Part shown: in pieces, positions 41,333 through 49,823 of the stretch
Layout: each line of letters begins with the position of its first letter
Position numbering within the stretch: position 1 is the stretch's first letter
Origin: an uncultured Candidatus Berkelbacteria bacterium
Lineage (GTDB): Bacteria; Patescibacteriota; UBA1384; XYA2-FULL-43-10; CAINNR01
Direction of reading: 5' to 3'
Assembly (NCBI GenBank): GCA_903851235.1
Contig: CAINNR010000032.1
Span: 25-64,024, forward strand
DNA length: 64,000 nucleotides
Notes under the pieces: generated by a model
What the model was told of the DNA's origin: nothing
Seen by the model: the letters and a program-made list of their open reading frames with translations, nothing else
Databases searched by the model: none
Translations under genes and position numbers: made by a program

Positions 41333-41478
41333 GACGCTCCTCCTGTCAGATGGTGTAAGCTGTCGAAACAGCTTCACTATTATTATTAACATACTTTTTT
41401 TACTTTTGTCAACAGCATCGAGTAAATCTGATAACTTTATGAGGATATTTTTATTAATTTTTATGCTAAAATTTGATT

Positions 41479-42153
41479 ATGAATTGGAAAATTTATAAAA
41501 CACAACATTATACTTTTCACTACTTCTCAGGAACTTTGGCAGAAAAGGAAATTGAGAAAATAGCGGATGAACAGGAAGCGTTTTATCGTCATATTTTGTC
41601 GTAACTAAATTTGAAAAATGAGCGTACCATAAACTATTTTTTATATCCAGCGAATCAACTAAAGGGTGAAATAATGGGCGATGATGGTAATGGCAATACT
41701 AATCGAGAAAAATTTGAAGTCTACGCTGTCTACAATGAAAATATAAAATGTATTGGTGCGCATGAAGATACTCATCTCCTATCTCTTCCATTGGGATTGG
41801 CAACTAAACTATTTCGAGAAGGCCTGGCAGAGTTTATGAGTAAAGAATGACATGGAAAAACTCATGATTTTTGGGCTAAAAAATTTCTGAGTGAAAAAAA
41901 GATTCCTGGACTAGCGAAAATTTTAGATGATAAAGAGGGGGATAAAATCAGCGACTTAATTTCTTATCCTTGCGCCGGCTCTTTTTACATATTTTTAATA
42001 TCTAAAATTGGTAAAGGTATTTTTTTAAAACTTTATGGAGCCCTAGACCGAAATATAAATGTTGAAATAAACTTAGTAACAATTAAAGATATCACAAGTA
42101 AATCTTTAGACCAGTGGCAAAAAGAATGGGCAGAAAAAGTGTTGTACCAGTAA
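41479..42153 (+). pseudogene. Disrupted gluzincin (peptidase MA-like) metallopeptidase
   Basis: HEDTH..EGLAE motif; in-frame TAA at 41602, TGA at 41848 and a frameshift near 41920. Confidence 0.7.
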
Positions 42154-42206
42154 AATATCTGCCTCTTGTTCATCAACTAGTCCAACCTTAGGGAGCCATA
42201 CAAAAA

Positions 42207-42292
42207 GTTCTAACTTCCCCCGCTGTGTTCCGCCATTGAAAAAGTCTCTCTGGAAGAGATTATTTTTGTATACGGCAGACTGGATATAGAAC
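42207..42292 (+). repeat. Boundary repeat R3
   Basis: GTTCTAAC..TTCCGCCA..CGGCAGACTGGATATAGAAC. Confidence 0.85.
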
Positions 42293-42414
42293 TTTTGTTT
42301 TTAAACGTAAAACTTCGGATTGGATTTGAAACGAAATGTATGGGCTATTGTCCAAGAGGTCGTCATCATGTACAGATGTTTGACAAAACTGTTGATTGCC
42401 AATAGACTTAGACT

Positions 42415-42756
42415 ATGAAAACAATCGAAGACAAAATAAGTATCAAAGATTTGCAGGAGATGGCAGAAAAGATGTTCGGCAATTTGGTTAAAGCGGTAAT
42501 TGACATAGAGAAAGAGGCGATGGTCGTTGACGCCGAGCTTTATTCAGACGAGGAAGCGGTTCTAATTGAAAACGGATCAAAACAAAAAGATCTTTGGGGA
42601 ATAAATATCTATCCAAATTTACCCAAAGCCGACCAAATTGAATTTGATTCAATGATTAATTTGCGACCAAAACAGAACAACAGAAGCCGGAGTGTTGATG
42701 ATCCAAAAATCAGAGAAATAATACTAAAAATTTGTGATAAATTAATCAAACAATGA
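42415..42756 (+). CDS. DUF5674-like protein
   Basis: LVKAVID, GSKQKDLWGINI, IEFDSMINLRPKQNNRS. Confidence 0.75.
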   Translation: MKTIEDKISIKDLQEMAEKMFGNLVKAVIDIEKEAMVVDAELYSDEEAVLIENGSKQKDLWGINIYPNLPKADQIEFDSMINLRPKQNNRSRSVDDPKIREIILKICDKLIKQ

Positions 42757-43082
42757 CATATGAACATCAAAATTTGGCCGAAGGCAAGTGGAATAAAATT
42801 CCATTTTTTGAGCAGATGGCTAATATCGGAAGTGAGGTTTTTCGCACAATCAGTTGGAAGAAAAAAAACATTGATTATTCAAATAAAGCTTTTGACAGAA
42901 CTCTCGAACTACTGGATATGACGATTGAAGATTCTAAAAATCGAGGACGACTAAAAGAATTAGTTCGTTTGCGTGAAGTCCTGACCGATTATTTTGTCTT
43001 TGACAATGAGTACAAATCAAATGATGAATTATGGCAGAAGTATTTTTACGCGTTCAATTATGTCGCTAGAATAAATTGTTAG
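42753..43082 (+). CDS. Helical hypothetical protein coupled to the DUF5674-like gene
   Basis: ATGA overlap; EQMANIGSEV, KELVRLRE. Confidence 0.75.
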   Translation: MTYEHQNLAEGKWNKIPFFEQMANIGSEVFRTISWKKKNIDYSNKAFDRTLELLDMTIEDSKNRGRLKELVRLREVLTDYFVFDNEYKSNDELWQKYFYAFNYVARINC

Positions 43083-43089
43083 ACAAAAA

Positions 43090-43156
43090 GTTCTAAATTT
43101 AATCGGCGCTCTAAATCTCCGCCAATGAAAAAGTTAGTCCAGTGCTAGTTTTTTTG
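43090..43156 (+). repeat. Boundary repeat R4 (right arm degenerate)
   Basis: GTTCTAA..CTCCGCCAatgaaaaa..hairpin-T tract. Confidence 0.65.
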
Positions 43157-43225
43157 CGTACTAAAATAGTATATTCTAATTATCTTTTAGCAAATTGTCC
43201 CTGTCCAAAGTGGTATTGTAGATAT

Positions 43226-43888
43226 ATGAAATTATTTTTATCACTAGCTCTGATTGCTTTGCTAACAATAGCTGTCTATTTTTGTTTAACCAAAAAACCT
43301 AGCGATAAAAAATACAATAATATATCCAGAAAAAAAGCTATTATGATATCCGCAACAATATGCATTATTCTGGTTGGAACACTGGCTTATTTAATGTATA
43401 AATCGGCGACAGCTCCAGATATGCAATGTACTACAGTTCACACAACTTCACTGATGCCACCAAAGTCTCTGGCTAGTGCTATGGATTATTACCTTCAGGG
43501 CAATTATGATTATGAAACCGGAAATTGTCAGAAAGCGATTGTTAATTTTAATGCCTCAATTCAACTTGATCCGAATTATCCACAAGCATATAACAACCGG
43601 GCATACACTTTTATGCGAATGCAAAATTATAAAGACGCATTATCAGATCTAGACAAAGCCATTGCCCTCAATCCAAATTATATCAACGCCTTAATGAACA
43701 GGGGCGACATTCACAATTATTACTATGCGATTGATCGCAAAAGCTCGACTGAGGACTACGAAAAAGTAATTTCCCTGGGCGGTGAAAAAGATACAAGCGT
43801 GTGTGGACATCTACTTTTGGCGAAACATGATGGCTGGAATTTGGGCACTCTTTTAGCTCTTCACCAAACTTTGTACAGTTGCAATTAA
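43226..43888 (+). CDS. Membrane-anchored TPR protein
   Basis: 2 TM; AYNNRA, ALSDLDKAIALNP TPR motifs. Confidence 0.85.
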   Translation: MKLFLSLALIALLTIAVYFCLTKKPSDKKYNNISRKKAIMISATICIILVGTLAYLMYKSATAPDMQCTTVHTTSLMPPKSLASAMDYYLQGNYDYETGNCQKAIVNFNASIQLDPNYPQAYNNRAYTFMRMQNYKDALSDLDKAIALNPNYINALMNRGDIHNYYYAIDRKSSTEDYEKVISLGGEKDTSVCGHLLLAKHDGWNLGTLLALHQTLYSCN

Positions 43889-43915
43889 CTTGTGCACTCA
43901 TCATAAAATAAACTG

Positions 43916-44054
43916 GTTCTGACATCATCCGCTATACCTCGCCATTTTGCCCGGGTCTAGCGGAGGGCGTTAGAACCGGAGGAATAATCGCTTTCAGAGC
44001 GGTTATTTTTGTTTTTACAAGTACAAAATTATTTCACAAAATAGATGTTAGAAC
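43916..44054 (+). repeat. Boundary repeat R5 (long variant with two GTTAGAAC)
   Basis: GTTCTGACATCATCCGCTA..TCGCCA..TAGCGGAGGGCGTTAGAAC..atcgct..agcgg..GATGTTAGAAC. Confidence 0.75.
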
Positions 44055-44161
44055 TAAAAAAGTGTTTCCGAGCTCTTGAATCATTGCGCGGCTGTTGACA
44101 TGTGAATGTATTTATGATAAACTAATTGAAGTTTTCACCAACCCAGAAAGAGTGATGCCAC

Positions 44162-44503
44162 ATGATGTTGCTCCAGATTGTCGGCATGCCAAAGGACGCA
44201 CCCGAACTGGATTGCCTGAGGAAGAGGATAGCTGAGACAATGGCCCCTGTTCTTGAACAGGATCTGCTGGTTACCTTCGTGTGCGACATGGAACCAGTTG
44301 AGGTATGCGCTGGACTGTTGTTCAGACTGGAGCCATTTGGTGAAATGACACAAAAGCTCGAGCAAGATGCTGCCGGTCTGTCGGAGCCTCTTGGTGAGCT
44401 TATCCAGGGGTATGCCAAGCAACATGGACATCAGTTCTGTTGTCCGTTCGAGATCACATATGTTCATCCCAAGACTCAGTATGTTTTGGGGGTGAATGGG
44501 TGA
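44162..44503 (+). CDS. Hypothetical protein
   Basis: TTGACA..TGATAAACT promoter upstream, terminator gcccc..ggggc-T6 downstream. Confidence 0.55.
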   Translation: MMLLQIVGMPKDAPELDCLRKRIAETMAPVLEQDLLVTFVCDMEPVEVCAGLLFRLEPFGEMTQKLEQDAAGLSEPLGELIQGYAKQHGHQFCCPFEITYVHPKTQYVLGVNG

Positions 44504-44578
44504 CCAGTCACCAATTCTGCTTCTTTCACACTCGCCCCTTGATCGGGGCCTTTTTTAATTCAAATTTCCATTACCAGA

Positions 44579-44664
44579 GTTCTATCATTGTTCGCTATTT
44601 CTCGCCATTGAAAATAGTCGCTTCCAGAGCGTCTGTTTTGCATCCGGCAGACCGGACGTAGAGC
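44579..44664 (+). repeat. Boundary repeat R6
   Basis: GTTCTATC..TTCGCTATTTCTCGCCA..tagtcgct..agcgtct..CGGCAGACCGGACGTAGAGC. Confidence 0.85.
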
Positions 44665-44929
44665 TTTTTTTAAATGTAAAGCTTCGAATTAGAATTTTTC
44701 ACAGCAGTATTGACTTTTGAGTCTGAATATGATATTATATAGTAATCTCAGAATAAGCTGATGGGTATCGAATTTCTGGCGTAAATTAAGACAAATATAG
44801 GCACGAGAGTCTTTAAAACTTGTTTTTTAGAGATTCTCCCGCCTGTATAGGCGGCTATCACATAGCTGGGGTACTTTCATCCTCTACCCCTGAAGCCTAG
44901 AGCTTAAAGCTACAAAGGAGGCGTTTAGG

Positions 44930-45460
44930 ATGAACGCCAGCAAAGTGATTAGAATGCAGTTGACCAAAAGAAGGCTTCCGGCCGTGTGGGAGCGCGGCGG
45001 TTACACTGGCATCAGTATTGACAGTGAGCCAGTGGGTATTGGGATCGTCTGGGCTAACCCGGATGGTATGCCCTATCGCCCATATTTCATTCAGGACACC
45101 GAACCGAACGACCAGCAGGCATTGGTTCCTGTCGAGAACGGGAGCTGGATGGTCGTTGCGAGACAGTGGCATCCTGGTAGATTCAACTATGAGGTCTGCC
45201 AGGTTACCGATGTTCGCACCGATCCAGACTCGTACGGCTTGTCTTTGAGTGAAGTGTTTCAGATGACCGATGGTGAGCCAGACTATCAGTGGCGTCATGA
45301 ATGGCTCAGCTGTTGGTCTCAACAGAAGTCGCACGGCCACCCTCAATCCGTGATCTCAGCCGTACCCATCACACTGAAGGCGGCTATCGACGCCGCCCTG
45401 GCCAAATGCCAGTGCCCGGGTTGCAGGGAAGCACACTATGTGCTGCCTCGCAAGAAGTAG
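44930..45460 (+). CDS. Hypothetical protein (C-terminal CxCxxCxxxH)
   Basis: AAGGAGG SD; WERGG; CQCPGCREAH. Confidence 0.7.
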   Translation: MNASKVIRMQLTKRRLPAVWERGGYTGISIDSEPVGIGIVWANPDGMPYRPYFIQDTEPNDQQALVPVENGSWMVVARQWHPGRFNYEVCQVTDVRTDPDSYGLSLSEVFQMTDGEPDYQWRHEWLSCWSQQKSHGHPQSVISAVPITLKAAIDAALAKCQCPGCREAHYVLPRKK

Positions 45461-45498
45461 CAACAACAAGGAGGACGGACATCAGTTGTTCGTCTTCC

Positions 45499-45550
45499 CC
45501 CTCAACACATTAAGTGTTCTGATGAGTCGTTGAAATTACGACGAAAGGGA
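45499..45550 (+). ncRNA. Type III hammerhead ribozyme, copy 1
   Basis: CCCU-C / stem I aacac-attaa-gtgtt / CUGAUGA / stem II gtcgt..acgac / GAAA / GGG. Confidence 0.85.
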
Positions 45551-45561
45551 TAAACAAAATA

Positions 45562-45648
45562 GTTCTAACTCCCTTCGCTATGCTCCGCCATTAAAAATAG
45601 TCGCTCTAGAAGCGATTATTTTTCTATGTGATAGACAGGATGTAAAAC
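45562..45648 (+). repeat. Boundary repeat R7
   Basis: GTTCTAAC..TTCGCTATGCTCCGCCA..tagtcgct-ctaga-agcgatta..AGACAGGATGTAAAAC. Confidence 0.85.
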
Positions 45649-45750
45649 TTTTGTATTCTTAAGCAATTAAAATATAATGTAACTATTGACATTTTATAAC
45701 TTTCTTGCTATAACTATTATACATTCTGAGAATACAAGGGAGGTCATCAC

Positions 45751-46077
45751 GTGACCAGTCAGGAAATACGAGATGCATTGACCGGCGTCGTCGCGGGCAC
45801 CAAGCTACGCCTTACCTTCAACGCTGGGAGTGGCAAGAAGGGCTTTCTCGATGGTGAGACCAAGGCGGCAGTCTGCTACTTCGTAATGATGAAGGACGCG
45901 AACATCATCTTTCCGGACGAGATGGACTGGGCCGTGATGTACGCCGTCGGGTTGTCAGGGTATTGGGATCACGATTCGAACCGCATTGTCGAGGTTCTGA
46001 TCCCAGAGGGTTTCAATCTCGACTGGTTCTCCCAGCGTCTCGAAGGCGGGTTGGAGAAGCTCGAAGTCATCGGATGA
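45751..46077 (+). CDS. Hypothetical protein
   Basis: TTGACA-17-TATAAC promoter, GGGAGG SD, GC-rich ORF. Confidence 0.65.
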   Translation: MTSQEIRDALTGVVAGTKLRLTFNAGSGKKGFLDGETKAAVCYFVMMKDANIIFPDEMDWAVMYAVGLSGYWDHDSNRIVEVLIPEGFNLDWFSQRLEGGLEKLEVIG

Positions 46078-46166
46078 GTTACTCCGACGACAGGTGTAAA
46101 GATCACCACCTAGCTGTAACAGGCTGGTGGTTTTTGTTTTAGACAGCGAAATTCTTGAAACAAAAT

Positions 46167-46230
46167 GTTCCAACTTCCTCTGCTGTCTACTGCCAATAAA
46201 TTAGTCTCTGATAGAGAGTCTTTTTTTGTG
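46167..46230 (+). repeat. Boundary repeat R8 (degenerate)
   Basis: GTTCCAAC..CTGCCAataaattagtctct..agagtct-T tract. Confidence 0.65.
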
Positions 46231-46283
46231 TACTATTGGTTCCACTTGGTCTATAAATCGACTTTGTATGGTAGAATGAAGCC

Positions 46284-46745
46284 ATGAGAATGATAATTAT
46301 ATATCAATCATTTCACCACAAGAACACAGAAAAAGTGGTAAATGCAGTAGCCCCAATTCTTAATTGTGAAGCAATCCCGCTCTCAAAAGCGAAACCTGAA
46401 ATATTAGCCGATTATGACGTTATAGGTTTTGCCAGCGGAGTTTATTATGCAAAGCCGCATGTTGGATTCGAGAAGCTAATTGCCAAAAACAACTTTCAAG
46501 GGAAAATGTGTTTTATCATCGCTACAAGCGGTGGACCTGATACTTTCTATAATAAATTCCATGACAATTTTAGAAAAACTTTTACAGACGCTGGATTTGA
46601 GATAATCGACTTTTTTCAATGCCTCGGTTTTGATACCTATCCTGCGATTTCAAAGCCTTTTGGTGGTTTTGCCAAAGGACACCCCAATAAAGACGACCTT
46701 GAAACGGCGAGATTATGGGCAAAAAAACTAATTGACAAGATATAG
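46284..46745 (+). CDS. Flavodoxin family protein
   Basis: YQSFHHKNTEKV, GFASGVY, KGHPNKDDL. Confidence 0.85.
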   Translation: MRMIIIYQSFHHKNTEKVVNAVAPILNCEAIPLSKAKPEILADYDVIGFASGVYYAKPHVGFEKLIAKNNFQGKMCFIIATSGGPDTFYNKFHDNFRKTFTDAGFEIIDFFQCLGFDTYPAISKPFGGFAKGHPNKDDLETARLWAKKLIDKI

Positions 46746-46839
46746 AGCTGCAACTTATATCAGGACTACGGAATTGTTTTGAAATCAAATTAATCAGAAC
46801 GTTCAAAGAAGGTCTTGGCTCCATATTGTTGATAATCCA

Positions 46840-46901
46840 GTTCTAACATTGTTTGCTGTTCCCCGTCAACGAAAACAGTCGCTACCAGAGCGACTGTTTT
46901 T
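46840..46901 (+). repeat. Boundary repeat R9
   Basis: GTTCTAAC..CCCCGTCA..aaaacagtcgct-accag-agcgactgtttt. Confidence 0.75.
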
Positions 46902-46956
46902 AATTTAAGCCGGGAAATTTTTACTAAAAAACGCAAAAGATCTTGCCACTTTACTT

Positions 46957-47328
46957 CTACTTCTTCGCCTTTGACTGGTTGTTGCTTATGGCTGCGCGAA
47001 CAAGAGCCGCAATCTTTCCTTCTTGTACCTGATCACTTTCAGAAAAATCAATAGCCCGCCACTTATTACCAGCCAGTCCGGCGTTGAAGAGTTTGTCAGT
47101 ATCACTAATTGCCGCACCGTCCGGAAAAACAAGCTTCACTTTATTTTTAAAAATATTTCCGACACAAATAATCCCGCCCAACGACCAGATTGGTGACCCC
47201 ATCCATTTCCAGTCTTCAATAATTTTAGGGTCAACAGTGAGAATAATCTTGCGAAGTTTAGCCAGTGTGGCGCCGCGCCAGTCGTGATTCTTTGCGATCA
47301 AATTGTCAATTTCTTCACTTGGATTCAT
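46957..47328 (-). CDS. DUF1801 (YdhG-like) protein
   Basis: DWRG, EDWKWMGSPIW, LFNAGL.GNKWRAID; GGAGG SD. Confidence 0.85.
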   Translation of the reverse strand: MNPSEEIDNLIAKNHDWRGATLAKLRKIILTVDPKIIEDWKWMGSPIWSLGGIICVGNIFKNKVKLVFPDGAAISDTDKLFNAGLAGNKWRAIDFSESDQVQEGKIAALVRAAISNNQSKAKK

Positions 47329-47459
47329 GGCCGCCTCCATATGTTTCCATGTTGTTTGGGTTAAATTCATTCATCTTACTCCTCGTATTAATCTATCTTA
47401 AAACTATCACATTTGATATTTAGGCACAAGCTTCTATTAAACTATTATTAAAACAAAAA

Positions 47460-47580
47460 GTTCTAACATCCTCCACTATCTGACACCGAATGCCCGAGTC
47501 TAGTGGAGTATATAAATGCTACGAGCGGATATCTTTGTTTTTAAGACGCAATATAATTTCAGAAATTTGTAGGTTAAAAC
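47460..47580 (+). repeat. Boundary repeat R10 (long variant like R5)
   Basis: GTTCTAACATCCTCCACTA..TGCCCGAGTCTAGTGGAG..GTTAAAAC. Confidence 0.7.
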
Positions 47581-47679
47581 TAAAAATGTTGGCACTTTAC
47601 TCGAAACCCTTGACATTATGTAAATAATTTAGTATAGTTTTTCGTACAAGGTTGTTAATACCGTCTTCGGAGGCACAAG

Positions 47680-47913
47680 ATGACACTCGGACTCATACTG
47701 CTGGTCGCTGGAGTTATTGCATTTTTGGTAGGATTTGCCATTGCAGCGAACAACATGGCTTCAGTCGCCAAGAACCCTGACGACATGCTTGACAGCCAGA
47801 ACAACCCGTTCGTGAAGCATCTTGGCGCCATGGTAGTCATGGCCTTCGGTGGTGGTAGCGCGCTCATCGGCCTTGTCCTAATCGTCATTGCGCTGGTCGG
47901 CAAACACGCGTAG
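47680..47913 (+). CDS. Small two-TM membrane protein
   Basis: TTGACA-17-TATAGT promoter, GGAGG SD. Confidence 0.7.
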   Translation: MTLGLILLVAGVIAFLVGFAIAANNMASVAKNPDDMLDSQNNPFVKHLGAMVVMAFGGGSALIGLVLIVIALVGKHA

Positions 47914-47966
47914 TAAGCACAACAACAGAGGGGATTCACTAAGAGGGTACGAAGTTGTACTCTCCC

Positions 47967-48018
47967 CCCTCAACATTAAATTGTTCTGATGAGTCGTTGA
48001 AAATTACGACGAAAGGGA
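47967..48018 (+). ncRNA. Type III hammerhead ribozyme, copy 2
   Basis: CCCUC-aaca-ttaaat-tgtt-CUGAUGA-gtcgt..acgac-GAAA-GGGA. Confidence 0.85.
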
Positions 48019-48028
48019 TAAACAAATA

Positions 48029-48112
48029 GTTCTATCATCCTCCATTACCTCTTACCATGAAAAAGTAGCCTTGGAAGCTATTTTTTTGTATATGGCAGAC
48101 CGAATGTAGAAC
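48029..48112 (+). repeat. Boundary repeat R11
   Basis: GTTCTATC..TTACCA..aaaagtagc..gctattttt..GGCAGACCGAATGTAGAAC. Confidence 0.8.
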
Positions 48113-48205
48113 GTCTGTCCTTCTAGGCTCACAACTATTGACACACTTGGCACTTTTTGTTATAGTGATTTGCGAAGACAGAATCCTGAAAGGATGTGTT
48201 TGTTT

Positions 48206-48712
48206 ATGTCCTGCGGATGTCCGAGACCGTTGCTACTAGATGTTGATCTGCCGTTTCTGATCGAGACCGTCTTACCCCACGTGCTGGCCGAGGTTGCCAG
48301 AGTCAGCGACATGCGAGATCGAGAGGGTGGCATGTTCGTGTTGATGCGAGCCGTCACCGGCGAGATCATCGTCGGCCCGAAGCAGGTCGGCCAGATTAAC
48401 AACGGTAAGGAAGATAAGTACGCCGAGTTCGCTCAGGAGAAACCGGTTCGGCTCCTCGAACACCCAGATCACTGTCTGAGCTGGGAGAGTCGAGATCCGG
48501 ACAACAACAAGTGGGGTGGCGCCGTCAATGATGGCCTCTTCGTCTGGTCCTTCTCCGGACTCTCGGAGGAACAGGACGAAGCGCTCGTGCTGATGGCATC
48601 CCATCTCTGCGGCCGCATTCGCAACGGCGACCCCAAGGCAATGGCAGAGATTTCCAATAACAGAATCATCATCGACAATCCCTACCTCTTCTGGTGTCCT
48701 CGGGAGAGTTAG
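48206..48712 (+). CDS. Hypothetical protein, possibly GlcG/HbpS (heme-binding)-like fold
   Basis: WGGAV..SFSGLSEEQDEAL resembles the GlcG-family C-terminal GG..SG...D motif; start uncertain. Confidence 0.55.
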   Translation: MSCGCPRPLLLDVDLPFLIETVLPHVLAEVARVSDMRDREGGMFVLMRAVTGEIIVGPKQVGQINNGKEDKYAEFAQEKPVRLLEHPDHCLSWESRDPDNNKWGGAVNDGLFVWSFSGLSEEQDEALVLMASHLCGRIRNGDPKAMAEISNNRIIIDNPYLFWCPRES

Positions 48713-48761
48713 AGTGTCGGCGACACGGGGACTTACCCAAATGGGCACGACCTGTGCCCAT

Positions 48762-48814
48762 TCCCTCAACATTAAATTGTTCTGATGAGTCGTTGAAAAT
48801 TACGACGAAAGGGA
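48762..48814 (+). ncRNA. Type III hammerhead ribozyme, copy 3
   Basis: UCCCUC-aaca-ttaaat-tgtt-CUGAUGA-gtcgt..acgac-GAAA-GGGA. Confidence 0.87.
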
Positions 48815-48824
48815 TGAGCAAATT

Positions 48825-48913
48825 GTTCTAGCTTACTACGCTATCTTCCGCCAATAAAAATAGTCGTTCTACGAGAGGTTATTTTTTTGTATATTGCGGA
48901 CCGGATGCAGAAC
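48825..48913 (+). repeat. Boundary repeat R12
   Basis: GTTCTAGC..CGCTATCTTCCGCCA..tagtcg..GGACCGGATGCAGAAC. Confidence 0.85.
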
Positions 48914-49048
48914 TTTTGTCTTTATTGACCATTGAAACATCACAAATCTATTGACATTATATGATATACGTGATATATTACCGAAGTAATATCGGGAACG
49001 GTAGACGTCTGGTATAACATCAAGTAAATTCTCTGATAGGAGTCTGCA

Positions 49049-49282
49049 ATGGCCACGCCTAAGAAAATCGCCATGCTTCTCTTCGGAGCAGGGTACCGTT
49101 TGTCCTTGACAGATGGGCACTACCGCTTCAGCGACAGATCAGGCAAGACGCTGCTTCAGCGCGACCAACCACCATCACGCTTTGATTTCGAAGTTCTTCA
49201 ATTTGCTAAGGGATCTGGGATTATCATCTCGAGCAATACCGATGTTGCCGAAGTAGCACGAGAACTAGCACAGATGGAGTAG
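49049..49282 (+). CDS. Hypothetical protein
   Basis: TTGACA promoter, AGGAG SD, terminator at 49297-49333. Confidence 0.6.
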   Translation: MATPKKIAMLLFGAGYRLSLTDGHYRFSDRSGKTLLQRDQPPSRFDFEVLQFAKGSGIIISSNTDVAEVARELAQME

Positions 49283-49360
49283 CGCGACTTGCGACCCACC
49301 ACCTAGCCATATCAGGCTGGTGGTTTTTGTTTTATCGGCCAAAATTATCGAGGCAAAAAA

Positions 49361-49425
49361 ATTCTAACTTCCTAGTTGATCTCCGACAATGAAAAATCGC
49401 GTGCCTGTTGAAATACCAGTTTTTT
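49361..49425 (+). repeat. Boundary repeat R13 (highly degenerate)
   Basis: ATTCTAACTTCC..CTCCGACAatgaaaaa. Confidence 0.5.
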
Positions 49426-49823
49426 CATTCTTGTGGCATTTATGGAAATCTGGTTATGAAGGACAAACCTTTATTGTTTTATCCAAAAAACTTCTGAAAT
49501 ATAAAAAAATATATTCAATCTTTGTAAAAATTAATCCTAACCCTTCAAAGGCTGGCGGACATCATTTGCTTAATTTAGCCCTTTGTTAATTAAAGCTTTT
49601 TCAAGGCCAGTGATTTTATAATGGAAAAGTATCAATTTGACAACTATTTCAACCGGTTGTAACATATGAAGTATAATAAGGAAAAATAAACAATACACGA
49701 CTCTCTTTCTTAATTTCTATATTACTAAATACGCCAGAGTTAAGCTGTTGTTTGACCAGTTATTTGCTCCAAAAATACAGTGATTGAGAAAGAAAATATT
49801 ATGATAACAAGGGGAGGTTAAAA

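Noticed and set aside
41479-42153. TGA recoding (genetic code 25) to rescue the peptidase ORF
   Set aside because: The ORF also has a TAA and a frameshift, and other genes in the window end normally at TGA.
44757-44772. CTGATGG..GAA as a fourth hammerhead
   Set aside because: The core is not CUGANGA and stems I-III cannot be formed.
44122-48772. Minus-strand ORFs 44135..44467, 44897..45346, 47655..47939 and 48272..48772
   Set aside because: They are antisense to plus-strand ORFs that have a promoter, SD and terminator or ribozyme in the correct orientation.
38281-48913. Repeats as simple attR duplications of the tRNA 3' end from prophages or ICEs
   Set aside because: Only CCGCCA and a leading GTTC match the tRNA, the spacing differs by 5 nt, and no interval encodes an integrase or phage genes.
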